Below are positions 10,591 to 23,245 of a stretch of DNA of 64,000 nucleotides, piece by piece; the stretch's first letter is position 1, and the number at the start of each line of letters is the position of its first letter. A program made the translations under genes and the position numbers. Under the pieces are notes generated by a model. That model made no database searches. It was not told the DNA's origin and saw only the letters and a list, made by a program, of their open reading frames with translations. The stretch is from the NCBI GenBank assembly GCA_965645245.1, contig OZ287069.1, forward strand, positions 2,976,001 to 3,040,000. The letters run 5' to 3'. The stretch is from Massalongia carnosa. Lineage: Eukaryota.

Positions 10591-12489
10591 ATAGCGTCAG
10601 CTACTAACTCTATGCGGTCGCATAACAGACGCCCATGCCGACATATCGTTTTCTAACTAAGAGAAGTAGGCTCTTTTCTTCTTCGCAGGCCATGGCAGTA
10701 GTAACTTACTGAACACTCCTTAGACCCAAAGCGGCAACATGAGTCAATGTTTCCGAAACTGCTTACCTAGGCTATGTCTACCTCTGTGCCTAGCTCTATG
10801 CCTGTCTTTGCCTTAAAGAGGCTCTAAGTGCGCGATGGAGCATTAGAATCTCATCAATGCGAGGAACATCTGTATACGGAAACCGGGAACCTGAAGATCA
10901 CGGCGTATCGGCTGACGAAAACGCTATATCGCTATTTGGCGAGATTTGGGCCATGATTTTCCTGTCCTTCGTCTTATTTTACTTCAAATGCAAAATCTCG
11001 GTTTCGTCCGTTGTACTTCTTTCGCCATTTTGAGTAGGGTAGGAGCTGGAAAGAGGTAGTAAACTTTGGGGCGAGCCAGTGAAAATGTGGAGGATTAGGT
11101 CCCCACGCTCAACGCTTAACGCCCAACTTTAAAGACCCAAGAGGTGCCACAGGATATTGCCAACCAATTGTAGGTGTTCAGTTGATACGAGTGATTCAAG
11201 AAGCGCCCTCCAGATTTGTCGATTCTCGATAGACGCTAAGGTCCACCAACGGAACCCAGAACTAGCCTCAGTTCTAATTACCTATCTAGTCCTCTTCTCT
11301 CCGCCAGCACGGCTACGGCTACGGACAATCAGCCATAGATATAGGGACAGCTATCCCAAATCTCTATCACCTGCTCATACATATACCATATACTTAAGAC
11401 GGAAAGGGGCTGGCGGATGCCGAACTCGTATTGATGAATTCCATCATAAGCAAGCTTCTCCCCTCTCATAGAAAATTTCTTCGTCTTTGACTCACTCTCA
11501 CTTGTATAACCATACGTACCTTGATTAATCATTATGGCTCCAAAGCGCAATAAGATTCAAAACGTAACCTCCGAAGTGGTTTCAATACTGACTGCGGTCA
11601 ACTCTCAAGGGTTGGAGGATACCGGTATGGAGGAGAGACGCAAGTTTCATGCAATCGTTTCGTCACACTCCGGCTAACTTAAACAAGACTAACGACAAAT
11701 ATCTTCGAATCGACCTATCGCTTTCGAAATAGGCCAAACTGCTGACGCTCATCATGCTAACCAAAAACCCGGTCATAAACCTTTACTTACGAATCAATCA
11801 GGTCTTTGAACCCTCTGCCCGCATAAATTCAACCAAATGCTCAATTCGAAAAGCCGCTTGAAGATTCTAAATTTTTAGGCGTCATGAAACAGGATGCTTT
11901 TCGAGCACTTTAGAAGACGGTTAACTTTGTTAGCGCCGTAGGTCCTTACTAGGAAGAGACCTACTAGGATTTGTGTTTGAACGCTGAATCTTTATTATCT
12001 TCAAAGCGGAATCAAACTTTTTGTGTAGCTAGACGACGGATTGAATTTCGTCACTCAAAAACCAGTTCTCTTTCATTTAGAGTATGGTCGAGCAACGCTA
12101 CGCTTTCTAAACTAAACTGTATTAGTCATCGCGACAAGAATAGCAGATGCTCATTCGTTGTGCGTTAAAGCGACACTGATCCAGTCTCTTGAGATTGGGG
12201 CTTGAGACTAAGCTTTGATTTTGATTATGAAGAGAAATCTAGCCTTGAAACATGAAAATTCCGCCATACTAACATATCATCTTTTTTTTCTTAACCAGAT
12301 GATGCGATAATGCAAGCTCATGTGGGAGTATTTTGACTTAGCAAAAGAAAACGAGAGAACTCGTATTACATAGGGTATGGTATTGGAAAGAAATGAAAGA
12401 AGTGGAGATTGGGTGAAAACTGTGGGGTAGGGGATCAACATTCTTCCTCAAGGCGAAACTTGTACCCAGCAAGCTCAACTCAGTCATAT

Positions 12490-13654
12490 CGTCCAGCATT
12501 GGTTCGGCGATAGGCTCGAGATCGGCTCTGGTAGGACAGGCCTGGTAGGAGAATGTAACGTGAGCCCATAAAAACCAAGGTCTTCTACTCCATGAGGCTC
12601 TGGTGGGTTTGCTGGAGACTCTGCATCTTCATCTAATGGTTAGCCCCAAGCTTCTGAGCGGCACGTCGAGTTAGTTTCTTTGTCTGTCTGGAGAGTGCTT
12701 TTCACGTGCAAGTATATAGATATCTTACTTAATCTTCTCATTTTCTTTTTGACGAGCCTGCTCATCACATCCGAGAGTATTTTAAGCTTGTGTGAGACCA
12801 TCCTGCATCTTAAGTAGGTTTTGCTCTTTCGTAATGAGCTTCTCATTTACTATTCGAAGCGCTGACATATCCGTCTCCTAGAACATCTTGTCTTGTTCTG
12901 ACTTGCAATAACGACTCTCCAACTCCGCCAACTTAAAATCCTTTTCCTGTATACACTAATGCGTACCTAGCTAGGCATCTTTCGTGCCTCTATATTCTTT
13001 CTTGTCCAGTGAACTCCTAATACATGTTTCTTCGCTTCTAGAGTTTTCGAACTAATCTTCTGTATTTTCCATTTTAGCTGACTCTTTTAAGCTTATAGCG
13101 ATGCATTGTGCGGTTTTCAGAGACCCGTTCCAGTTGCTTCACTTTCTGCCACTCCTCATCCAGCGTTTTCTTCGATTTCTCTTGAGGCGCTTTCCCTTTG
13201 CTCCTGTTCCGCCGCCGCCGCCTTCTTATCGTCTCACTTCTTAACAGCAAATTGCAATTTACCATCAAGCATTGGCTCGTACTGGTCCTCAGGAGATTCC
13301 TTACCTCATCAATGTATTTGAACGGAAACTCTCCCCCTCCCTGAGGCGTTTCCCCATTTTTGACACGAGCACCGTACACACCATTAACGGGCTGCTTGAA
13401 TCTAGCGAAGGATTCGTCACCAGCTAGGTGCTGCAACAGCCATGGTTTGGCACGAAACCAGTTCTGCGCTCCATACTATTTTCCTTGTCGAGGAACGCGC
13501 TGTAGCAACTGTGGATCTACATAATCAAAATTTCATAAAGTAAAACGGTTCTGTCTCGGGTTTACTTGGTCCTCTATACCTGTTTAGCAATCGTCTTCTG
13601 AAAATCTGCCTTCAGAGCGGTGGTAGTTTCTTTCTGCCATTTTGACGGCTCCAT
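12490..13654 (-). pseudogene. Possible degenerate coiled-coil gene relic
   Basis: Minus-strand E/K/Q-rich reading frames (e.g. IQEKDFKLAELESRY, NEKLITKEQNLLKMQ) broken by TAG/TAA stops and frameshifts, with intron-like signals (GCTAAC..TAG near 12630-12645). No family recognised. Confidence 0.3.
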
Positions 13655-13953
13655 ATGATGATTGACTGTGAAAGACAAAAGAGTTTATTTATCGCTTAGG
13701 CAACGGTGAGCTCAAAGCTAGGGTATAGCTTTTCTTGCTTTGAACTTCCAGACGCAGTCAGAATACTGAAAACGTAAATATGATATTAATTAATGGCCTG
13801 TCGTGCATACCATATTCCTAACCGGACTGGATGCGCTGACGAATAGGCAACAAATGGACGAGGTGCTCATGTAAATCCTAAGCCGTACCTTCTATGTGGG
13901 TGAAAAATGCGCTCCAACATGAACATCATTGGTAATATATAAAAATATACAGC

Positions 13954-15053
13954 TCAAAGCCCGCCATAAGTCGAGTTGCGGCGATACACGCTGCTAGCGT
14001 ATTCCGAATTCCCGTCTTGATATACTATCCCCCGAGTATCTTCCTCTGGGAGGAGCTCCTTGACCTCCCAAACGCCTTGCTTGGTGCCAACGCTGAACTC
14101 CAGATCCTCCTTGGTGATGGAATCCCAGTACTATGAAGAGTTTCAGTGATTTTGGGCACTGATATTTGAGGTAGTATGCATACCTTGTAGACCATCATCA
14201 CTGCCAGAAGGTTACAGATCGTGGAGAAGAACAGACCGTCTAGGTAATGCTGAAGGTTGTTGCAGATAGTGTCACTGAAGACGTACAAGATTACTTGGCC
14301 CACAGCGAAGAAGAAAACGCCAAAAGAAATATCCCCCAGCGGCCATCGATCCTGCAAGGTATTTGCAACTAGGAGCACTTGCATGGCCACATATATCAAT
14401 AAGCATAGGCCATTAACGACATATAGCACCACGAATAACCCCAGGGTATTGGTAGGACCCATGCCCAGCTTGCCCTTGAAAGTCAAGATTGATACTGCGC
14501 CAGAGACGAGGAACATGCCGACGGAGGAGCCTCGCAACAGCCACACAGACTGCGTCGTGCCATCTTCGTATAGTTGAAAGCCGACAAAGCCGTTGATCAG
14601 AAGACAAGTGCACAGGGCAGACGTGAAGCCATTCTGCACAGCGGTAAAGTAAGGGTAGACGCTCGAGCCGGGGGGGATGACTCCAGAATCCAGTACCAAG
14701 GAAGTCATTGTAAGCATCATGTAGATGTAGAAAAATGTCGTGATTTCTTTGCGCCCTAATTATAAAACATCAACGCGTAGCTTCAGTAGTCAAGTCTCAA
14801 GCCCACGATGCTTACCAACTGCAGTGAACTTGGAGCGCACGTGTAGGACCATTATAGCAGCCATGCCCAGAGCTAGGATGTGCATAAAGTCGGTGGCAGC
14901 TTCGAAGATGATGGTGTTTGCCAGCTCAACGCTTCGAGCGTAACATCTTGCCTGAATTCCCACCTTGCCGGAGATTGGCGACGGTGGCCCCACTATAGAG
15001 CAGAGAGGCAACGCGCTCTTACGACATATAGGTTCAAAGTCTCCAAATCCCAT
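13954..15053 (-). CDS. CHS7: Chitin synthase III export chaperone Chs7 (exons 15053-14816, 14755-14184, 14130-13954)
   Basis: MGFGDF..IC...[77 protein letters not shown]. Canonical introns. Confidence 0.95.
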
Positions 15054-17071
15054 GGCTTCTGGGGTATGAGGGTTTGTGAGGATATTATGACCAATCTGCG
15101 TGGGGAATGGTGAATGCCGACTCGATGGATAGTTGGCCTATGGGTGAAGCTTTGGCAGGATTGGAAAGCGCATGTGGTAGCTGGAAGAATGAGTGTGTAC
15201 CTTTCAGGCCTACTTTAGTCGCGGTCCTTGACTTCCACTTTGCATAGCGATGAAGTCGTGATCTGAGTTTAGCGCTGCAAAAGGTGCTCAGTCAACGGAA
15301 AGTTTGCCTCTATTTTTCTATTTTCGGCAAGGTTTTATTTACGTGCAAGCGCAGCAATTTATGTTGATATCTTCAATGTATCCGTATATTGACCACTTCT
15401 CATTTCTATAGACGCACACCTACTTAAGCAGCTCCTTTCACTTCTCTCGCTTCCATACGCACCTTTCATTTGTCTTAACTCACGAAAGGACAGTCGATGC
15501 GATATCCGACGCCTACGTTAAGATCTGCCTCTTTACTCTCTACTTTCTTCTGCTGGATCTCAACCTCCCTAAGCATCTGGGAAACAGGATTATTACAGAG
15601 TACACCACATCCATATGCGTTTGTCATCCATTGCAAGCATCACGACCACGAGATACGCAGCTTCATGCATATTATGTTATGTATACGATATTATAGGTCT
15701 GCGTTGTTTACATCACTATCACCACATGCTTGATCTTTCCCCAAAACAAAAAGTCAACACGGAGTAGAGAAGGCCAAGCTGCATCTCGTTTATATTTCTC
15801 GGATCTCGGCTTCTTGCTTTGTTGTCCTCTGGGTTTATCAACGGCTCCGCATATCATCGCCCAATTCATCAACGCACTCTGTTTGATACAAGAACTCGGC
15901 CGACGCTCAACGCGAAGTAAACACTGCCCTAGCAGTTCTCCGAGCGTACCGAGTTCAGATTACAGTTTCCGCTATCGTTCGCACTCTATCCCTATCCATC
16001 CCTTCCATACTATATTAGTCTTAAAACTCATCTCACATGGCTCCACGCGAGTCTCTCAGACCTGCTCCTCGCGTCATCAGTTAACCCGAATCGGCCTCTT
16101 GGCTTTTCCCTTTAGCCTCGTGAACCCCCACTTCACCTTCCGCTAACGCGATTTAACCTCTTCCCATCTCTCTGGACTCCTTTCTCCAGCTTCAGACCCA
16201 GCACACCGACTCTTCCTCTCTCCCGCTCCAATTCGGCACTTGAGGAGTATTATATAAGGTTTGGCTTCTAGAAAAGGGCAAACCCTTTCGGTGTTAGGGA
16301 CATGATTGATGGCTGATGTAATTACCAGGCCCGAGCTATTTGGGCGTGCTTGGACCGCCCCGCCACTCGCTGTTCGCCCTTCCTCACTCTTCCACACAGA
16401 CCGCGCGAAGAACTAGACCAACTTTTCTCCCATGCCCCATACAGAATACCTGGATCATCCTCGTTTCTAGAATCGTCCCCGGATCACTTCTTAGCAATGA
16501 TTCCGCCTTGTCTGGTCTTTTGCTATGGGCCTTGGCCACAAGGGTCGCAGCGTGGCCGGTGGCCTATGCATCCTCTTCCTCCTATTGTATCGTCGGATCC
16601 CCTAATCCACACGGCAACTGCTTCTATCGGAGATTCGCGAGAAACCATCATGTCTGCAATAGAAGATACATACATTTCCATGCAAGGGGTGTGAGATTCG
16701 AAACGGCTTTGGATTTTCCTGAATCCCAAAGTACACAAAACCAACGACATTTCCTCTGAAGTCGTTCGGCATACGATTGACCTTGGCTTCTACCCATTAC
16801 TTGCAGTACGTCACTCCAGATATCATTACATATTTAGCTAATGGTTCAACCAGCGCGACCTATATCTTGCGTTGCCTTTCCACAAGGAAGCCTGGAGGGA
16901 ACCAGTTGAGCAGAAGCCAAAGGCTCATCCACTGCCGCTGAATTCGAAGGTCTGGTCAACGTTGTATCATATTTATCTTACGGTAAGGTTGCTTCCCCTT
17001 GATTTGATTTTCAGGTTCCTGACGTGTAATTCAGCGTAACTCTCTTACTGGCTCAGCTCGCTTCTTCCACC

Positions 17072-17233
17072 ATGTGCGACTATTACCAGAATTTTTACAT
17101 TTACTCTACCTGCACCAATGGTGCCCTTCACTTTATTAGAACTTCAACTGATGGAAACTCCAACACTCGATGTCCAAAAGGTCCTCACGAGCGGTATATT
17201 GTGGTTCCGGGCACCTGCCCGGTTTGTCGGTGA
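17072..17233 (+). CDS. Putative 53-aa Cys/His-rich microprotein MCDYYQNFYIYSTCTNGALHFIRTSTDGNSNTRCPKGPHERYIVVPGTCPVCR
   Basis: CCACCATG start context. Two canonical introns upstream (16806-16853, 16983-17034) and no AUG in the spliced leader from 16695. Metal-binding-like pattern C2/C14/H20/C34/H39/CxxC. Below the 60-aa ORF-track cut-off. Confidence 0.7.
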   Translation: MCDYYQNFYIYSTCTNGALHFIRTSTDGNSNTRCPKGPHERYIVVPGTCPVCR

Positions 17234-20200
17234 CCATGATGCCCCTTGTCATATCATGGCTATAGCATCGAGGCAAGGATTTCTAGAGGCACCATATATG
17301 TTTTAGAAGGAAAATGAGATTAGGCGCTGCGGACGCCAAGGAAATGTAAGGCTCGTCTTAATTTGGTAGTAGGGGTTTTCGCTCATATTATCAAAGGCAG
17401 AGTGCACCGAGTGGCGATGATGGAGACATCATAAGCCGAAGCACTTCGAACAACCAGTCATCGGCGTATCCACCAGTCTTCTCCGTACCAAGCTACTCTG
17501 CATTATCTTCAGGTTTCATTTTGCGGGTATGCTATGATACGGTGTTCCTAAAAGCCCACCCTTCGTATTCTAGCTTTAAAAAAATATTGATCATGTACTC
17601 AAGCGTGGATAGATTTGTGCCGGCCAGCACGTGGCTTGCACATGCTTTGCTCGCGCGAAGATATTATCGTACATCTTTAGTGTTAAGGGTTTCCGTTTCG
17701 GTGGTTTCCACCATCTTGCCGCTTCATATTTTAACTTACATTTCCCCAACACCTGATTTAACACTGTAATCCACTTTGTAACTCACATGTACCAATAATG
17801 AAGAGGCATATTGCAAACCCGTCTCTCAAAATCTTATTTCACAATGTTTTGTGACATTTTTATATGTTATACCCCATTTGACTTTTGCATCATTCTTCTC
17901 ATCAATGCACCACGGTTTGTCCATTATCAACATGATCCCAAGCCGGTGCAACCAGAACAAAGTTGCTGGTCAAGCGTGCCAAGCGAGATAAGGAGTGCTC
18001 TGAGATCACGGAGTCCGTTCGCGATTATAATAATAACTAATCTATCTATATTCCTCTGTTGGTCTTACGAGGGCGACACCTCCTATTTCACCCTACTTAA
18101 CAAAACGAGTAGATTCTGAAGTCAGTTTGTGGAAAAATGATCAAAGCTGTTACTCCAGCCGCCTTAAAAAACCAAACCACTGGGAGAACGAATCTATCTA
18201 TCTGTAGAGGACTTGGTGCCGCCGCAATTTGGTGCAGGGAAAGATCTTAGCTCTTTGTGGGATAATGATAGTGCATGCCTCAACTTGACACCACTAAGCC
18301 GACCACCGAAGGGGAAATTATAAAGCTTTGGAACATGAGTGGGTACATCTTAGATTCCGCAAGAGAAGGTTTCTACTTGACGCACAAACCTACCTGTTAT
18401 TCTGTCATGGCTCCACCAAGGCTATTCGTAAATCCGAAAGGCTTTGCTACATTTGAAATCTTTGATACGATATACACAGTTTTGGTTCATTTACTGGAAT
18501 ATTTGACTGTTGTTGTCAACTGCTAATCCAGGGAAGATCTTGCGAACCAGAGATATGAAGGTGTATCGACAACTCCAGTCGCCTAGCCAAAATCTTCTAC
18601 TGGGTTCTATCTGTGGAGTGTTGCGGCTTAACAGGAGATACTAAGCATGTTCCCAACACCGTGAATGAACTCCACGTTAACGACAAGCCCTCGTAGTCCC
18701 AGACAGTTGTTGTCGTTTATAGCATTAATACCTTATTGTGATCACTAATGCTTTCTTTGTCTTGTTTTCTACTTCTGCTACCTTAGTATTCTATCAGCTG
18801 CAATCTTATGTTTACTTTTTTCCCTTCCTTTCTCAACGACACAGTGAGAGATACCGCTGCAGATGTCGCCTGCTTCGAAAAACAATATTCAAGGCGTGGT
18901 TGAAATCACTAGAGTCAAGTTATATCGCCTCACGGGGATTAAAAAGGGTATGATGACTATCCACAGCCCATCCATGGAAAATCGAGACCAGTCAACGTTG
19001 AAAGGAAAGACTTCACTCTCATTAATTTCTGATGGATGATAGGGTTAATAGCCGTGGACCGTTGTGCCCGAGCGCTTGTCGCTACACTAGAAGCGAACTG
19101 TCTAACCAGCGGCGACTTAAAGGGTTAAATGTCCTTTCTTAGATCTGAACGGATTCCAGCCAAATCATAAGCACTTAGAGGATTTTGTACATCGCCCTAG
19201 CGCTCCCGTGTGGCCGAGAGCGTAGTCTTCGGGATGAAACCACTAACCTACCATATCGAATCCAGTGAGGTTTACCTCTCAATAGGCGAATCGTTTCTAT
19301 CTTAGATTTACCAGCGTTAGGCCTTCGGAATTTTCAGCAATATCGAGTTTAATGAGTATACACACATCCTTATACTTGGATAGGTAAATGGTAGGTACCT
19401 AGGTAGGTAAGCACGGTAAGGTACCTCTAAGTTAGATAAACTAAAAAACTTCTTCGCAATCTGAACTCACGTGCAAGCGGATTCTTGAAACCGCTGCTAT
19501 CGTCAATTCTGCCTACTTTATAGGTTAAGATCATATTGAATGCAAGTTTTCTGCTATGTATCTTGACTTATTGGAGATACATATAGCCAAGGTCGAGCGG
19601 GAATTAAAACCGCAGCAGCGAAGGACTTATATCTGGAGTAAAAAACAAAGAAGTCTCTAGAAGCTGCATCGTTTGTAAGACATCAAACAATAGATAAGGT
19701 AGTTGACATGGGAATCAATGCTCTCGCAAAACTTCTGTTGGGGATGTGCATTGATCTGGTATTATTGGTTGAAGAGTAGAGACAAGGGCTCAAATGTACT
19801 GAAGACGAGTACTTTATCCTTAAGGTAGAGAAAGAACGCCTGCAATCAAAGGGTGAAGTATGCTGATGCCGGCGAATGTAGATTACAAAGATAATGGCCA
19901 ATAACCTAATAGAAGAAGCCATCAAGTTGCAGGCTAGCCGAATTACCTTGTCTCGCAATGAAAGTCTCAACCCCCATTGTCTCTTCTAATGGGTTTTCAC
20001 TTTTCATGGCCCCTTTCTCTTTTGCCCTCGTTCCCCATAGCCATTTACCTAATCTCTCCGTGTTCTTTGACTACTCAACATCTTTCCCTCCTGCCCCTTT
20101 CCTACTTCCTGCACATCCATTCCTACCTCCACCCTCCATTATTCCAACCCCCTGCTCCTGGTCTTGTCAATTGGTGTCCATTATTTCATCCTCCTCTACC

Positions 20201-21504
20201 CTACATGTTCTGTTATTGAAGCTCTTTGCTATCATAAGTATAGGAATCACCAAACAGTTCCCTTTTTCCCCTCGATCTTCATCCAGGCATCCAGACCCCA
20301 CCTTCTCTGATTTGAAATGCCATATATCCACGTATCCACCTGCTCAATCTTATGTCTCACTTGGTAATCGTAATTTATTTTAAGCCTGCAAAACGACCTC
20401 TCTTACAATCAAGCATCTTCATTCATCTTTTATCATCCCCGCTTCCTCTGTTATTCCACTCTAAATCATTGTCTAATCTTGCATCCTCTCCACCTACAGC
20501 AACCCCATCAACAGAGCTTCTCCCTTCTGTGCAGATGTCTCATTACTCGTAGCGCTCTCTGTGATCCCTCCTCATCTAAGTCCCAGGTACTTGTGGAAAG
20601 GTTGGGCTATAGAGTAATGAATAGGGGGCTACCGTGAAAGGAAGGAGACTTTGGGAGCGGGCCAGATTTTGAAAATCACCTGCAGGCACAGCATCTTGTA
20701 AAATTAAATGATCATATGACCAAGCGGTAGGCGGAATGCTAACAAATTGCGTGTATTTTAGAACTCGATTCCCACCTCTCAGTCCCATCCCTTGAAGATT
20801 TGAGGGAAAGAACCCATCTGTTTTTCATTTCTTAGGAGAATAACTTCACACGCTCTCCATTTGTAAGAACACGCCACGAATTGTAAGGCTATAGCAGCGA
20901 GGTCTCTTTGTCCTCAAGTTTGAGAGTCTCACACTCTGTGACAATAAAATCCTTTAACTCTCTAAATCGTACGACCTCGAGGCTAACGTCGGCCGAAATT
21001 TTTAGTCTTATAGTCCCAAGCCTGGACTTCCTTGACATTAGTCACCCCTCCATAATGAAGAAACAATCCAGTCAAATGATAACCCCACCCAAGGAACCTC
21101 GCAGTACCTTTGGAAACGGAAAATGCTCATCACCCGACCTAGCCCAATAACATATGTACCCTCCTAACAACCCCCTGAGCGTCTCCTCGCCCCCGAGATT
21201 TAGTAGCATAGCTATGAAGGGTTAGCAATGACTTATGTAGGTAAAAACTAAATTAGCCAACATGGCAAAGGATAAACTTACAATGGACATTACCATTCCT
21301 GCTATCTGTATCTGTGCCCAGCATCTTTAAGAGTCAATGCGATAGCTGATGCCATGATATTTAGGGCATTGTAGTTTCTAGGTAAAAAAGTTTAACTCTG
21401 TTGACGATGCCCTCAAAGGATATGACATATAATATGATCTATAAACCTATGAAAGAAATAGAAATATCTATTTAAAGTGTTAATAGGAGATAGGACACTT
21501 TGGT

Positions 21505-21544
21505 GTCTGAAGCGTTCAGGCATGGCGTCTGAAGCGTTCAGGCA
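21505..21544. repeat. Direct repeat GTCTGAAGCGTTCAGGCA x2 (22-bp period), each copy an internal palindrome (CTGAA-gcg-TTCAG)
   Basis: Read directly at 21505-21522 and 21527-21544. Confidence 0.75.
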
Positions 21545-21845
21545 GCTTGCCGAGTCTTGTAGATTGCTCAGTAATGATCGAGGGGCAGGGGGAAGACAGG
21601 CTGAATTGTGGGTTGGAAACGAGCAGTATGGATAGAATGGCATCGACAAGGAATTAACATGTGGTTGCGAAGCAGACTGTACAATGATATCATTGGAAAG
21701 AACGGTTAAGCAATCCTAGAATCGGGTCTTTAGACAAATATGTGAAAACACAAAAAGGCGGTAGAAAAACGGACATCAAGTCGTGGCTCATGGTTTCCAC
21801 ATCCACGGAGATTGGAAAGTATTATAATGTGTTAGACGTTGTAGA

Positions 21846-22977
21846 TTATACTACCGACTGGTAAAGAAGCAAGGGCTCCCCGATGTTCTCAATTTCGGGA
21901 ATAGTGCACTTGAGGTCAAACGCCTTTGAGAGAACAATCTTAAAAATCTAGAATGATAAAGTTAGACAAAGGAAGGTAGGCAATACGGAGAGGAACTACC
22001 TTTTGCACATTGATGCTGTGACTCGTACTGCTAAATATTAAGCTTGCCCTCATTGCTTTTGCGAAGCGACGAGCCTATGCAGATTTAGAGATGCTCTCTG
22101 CTAGCCACGCTGAGTATTGAATTACCTGAGTGGAGATTTCTTCTTGATCCTCTTTGGGAAAGTTCACAAAGTGATCGTACTTAGTACCGACGAGGAACGG
22201 GATTGCAGTCTTGTTGAACCCTCGACCTTGCCTGTACCATTCTTTGATTGAATTCAAAGTACTTTTCCGTGTAAGGTCGAACATAAAAAGTATGGCCACC
22301 GCGTCATTGCAGACTAAAGGGAGCATATTGACAAACTCTCGCTGGCCGCCCAGATCCCATATGGAGAATGTGATCTCTGTATTTCGAATGGAGATGGTCT
22401 TTTCCATAAAGTTGACACCTATAACACGTTAGCAAAATTCAGGATATCAGGGTATAATCATACCCAAAGTCTGGATGTAATCCTCATCCCAGCTACCCTC
22501 GACATACTTGACCATTAAACTCGTCTTCCCAATCTGAGCATCCCCAACCATCCCGACTTTGATTACCACGCTGCTTTGAGCTCGAGCTGTGTCTGGTTGA
22601 TGGGCCGGCCTTTGGTTCTGGTCTTGGTAGGTCTGCGAGTATCCATATCTCTCTCCCGAGCTAGATAACCCAGACGAAGGTCTCGAGTAAGGTTGGACTG
22701 GTTGCTGTTGATATAAAGCATTTGAGGTAGGATGCCTGCTGTTTGGATCTAGGTTTTCTTGCGTAGGGGAGAATGGTGCATTTGAGTTCGGGTAATCGGC
22801 CGATTGAGTAGACTGTCGTCGCGGAGCTTGCTGGGCATTAGAGTATCCATTGCCGTGTCCGCCAGTAGGAGTGGTGCTCAAGTTATCTTCTACGCCGCCC
22901 ATGCTCTCATCATCTTGCTTGAAGTTATTATTATTGAAAGCCGAGCTAGCTGGATCAGGATGATATTGTAGGTCCAT
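21846..22977 (-). CDS. spg1: Septation-initiation / mitotic-exit Ras-like GTPase Spg1/Tem1 (4 exons)
   Basis: [52 protein letters not shown], and C-terminal [22 protein letters not shown]. Three GT-AG introns. Confidence 0.95.
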
Positions 22978-23245
22978 GCCTAAGGTCTTTCACAAAGGTA
23001 AAGAGATAGTAGTAGAGGTGAATGGTAGAGACTCAATTGAGCTGAGATAGAGATACGAGCTAAGCTATACACATATTAATTGGGTTATCGTCGTAAACTC
23101 GAGAACTCGCGGAATGTTCATCCAACGCGTGATGTTGAAATCACGTGCAGTTATGTCTTTGCCAATTCGGCTCGCTAAAATTTGAGCAATACGGTTATCC
23201 TGTGGCTCCATTAAAATATTTACTTCATTTCATACGTTCAAAGTC
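22978..23245. promoter_or_regulatory. Short divergent promoter (spg1 / RRB1) with MCB-like ACGCGT (23125-23130) and E-box CACGTG (23142-23147)
   Basis: Head-to-head ATGs 268 bp apart. Motifs are seen directly; their function is inferred. Confidence 0.45.

Noticed and set aside
17811..18953. Several 70-100-aa ORFs, one frame with an LVKR processing-like site
   Set aside because: No coherent spliced model or recognisable domain. At most a decayed relic.
19203..19270. tRNA-like boxes (GTGGCCGAG ... ATCGAATCC)
   Set aside because: No acceptor or anticodon stems form a cloverleaf, and the B box is imperfect.
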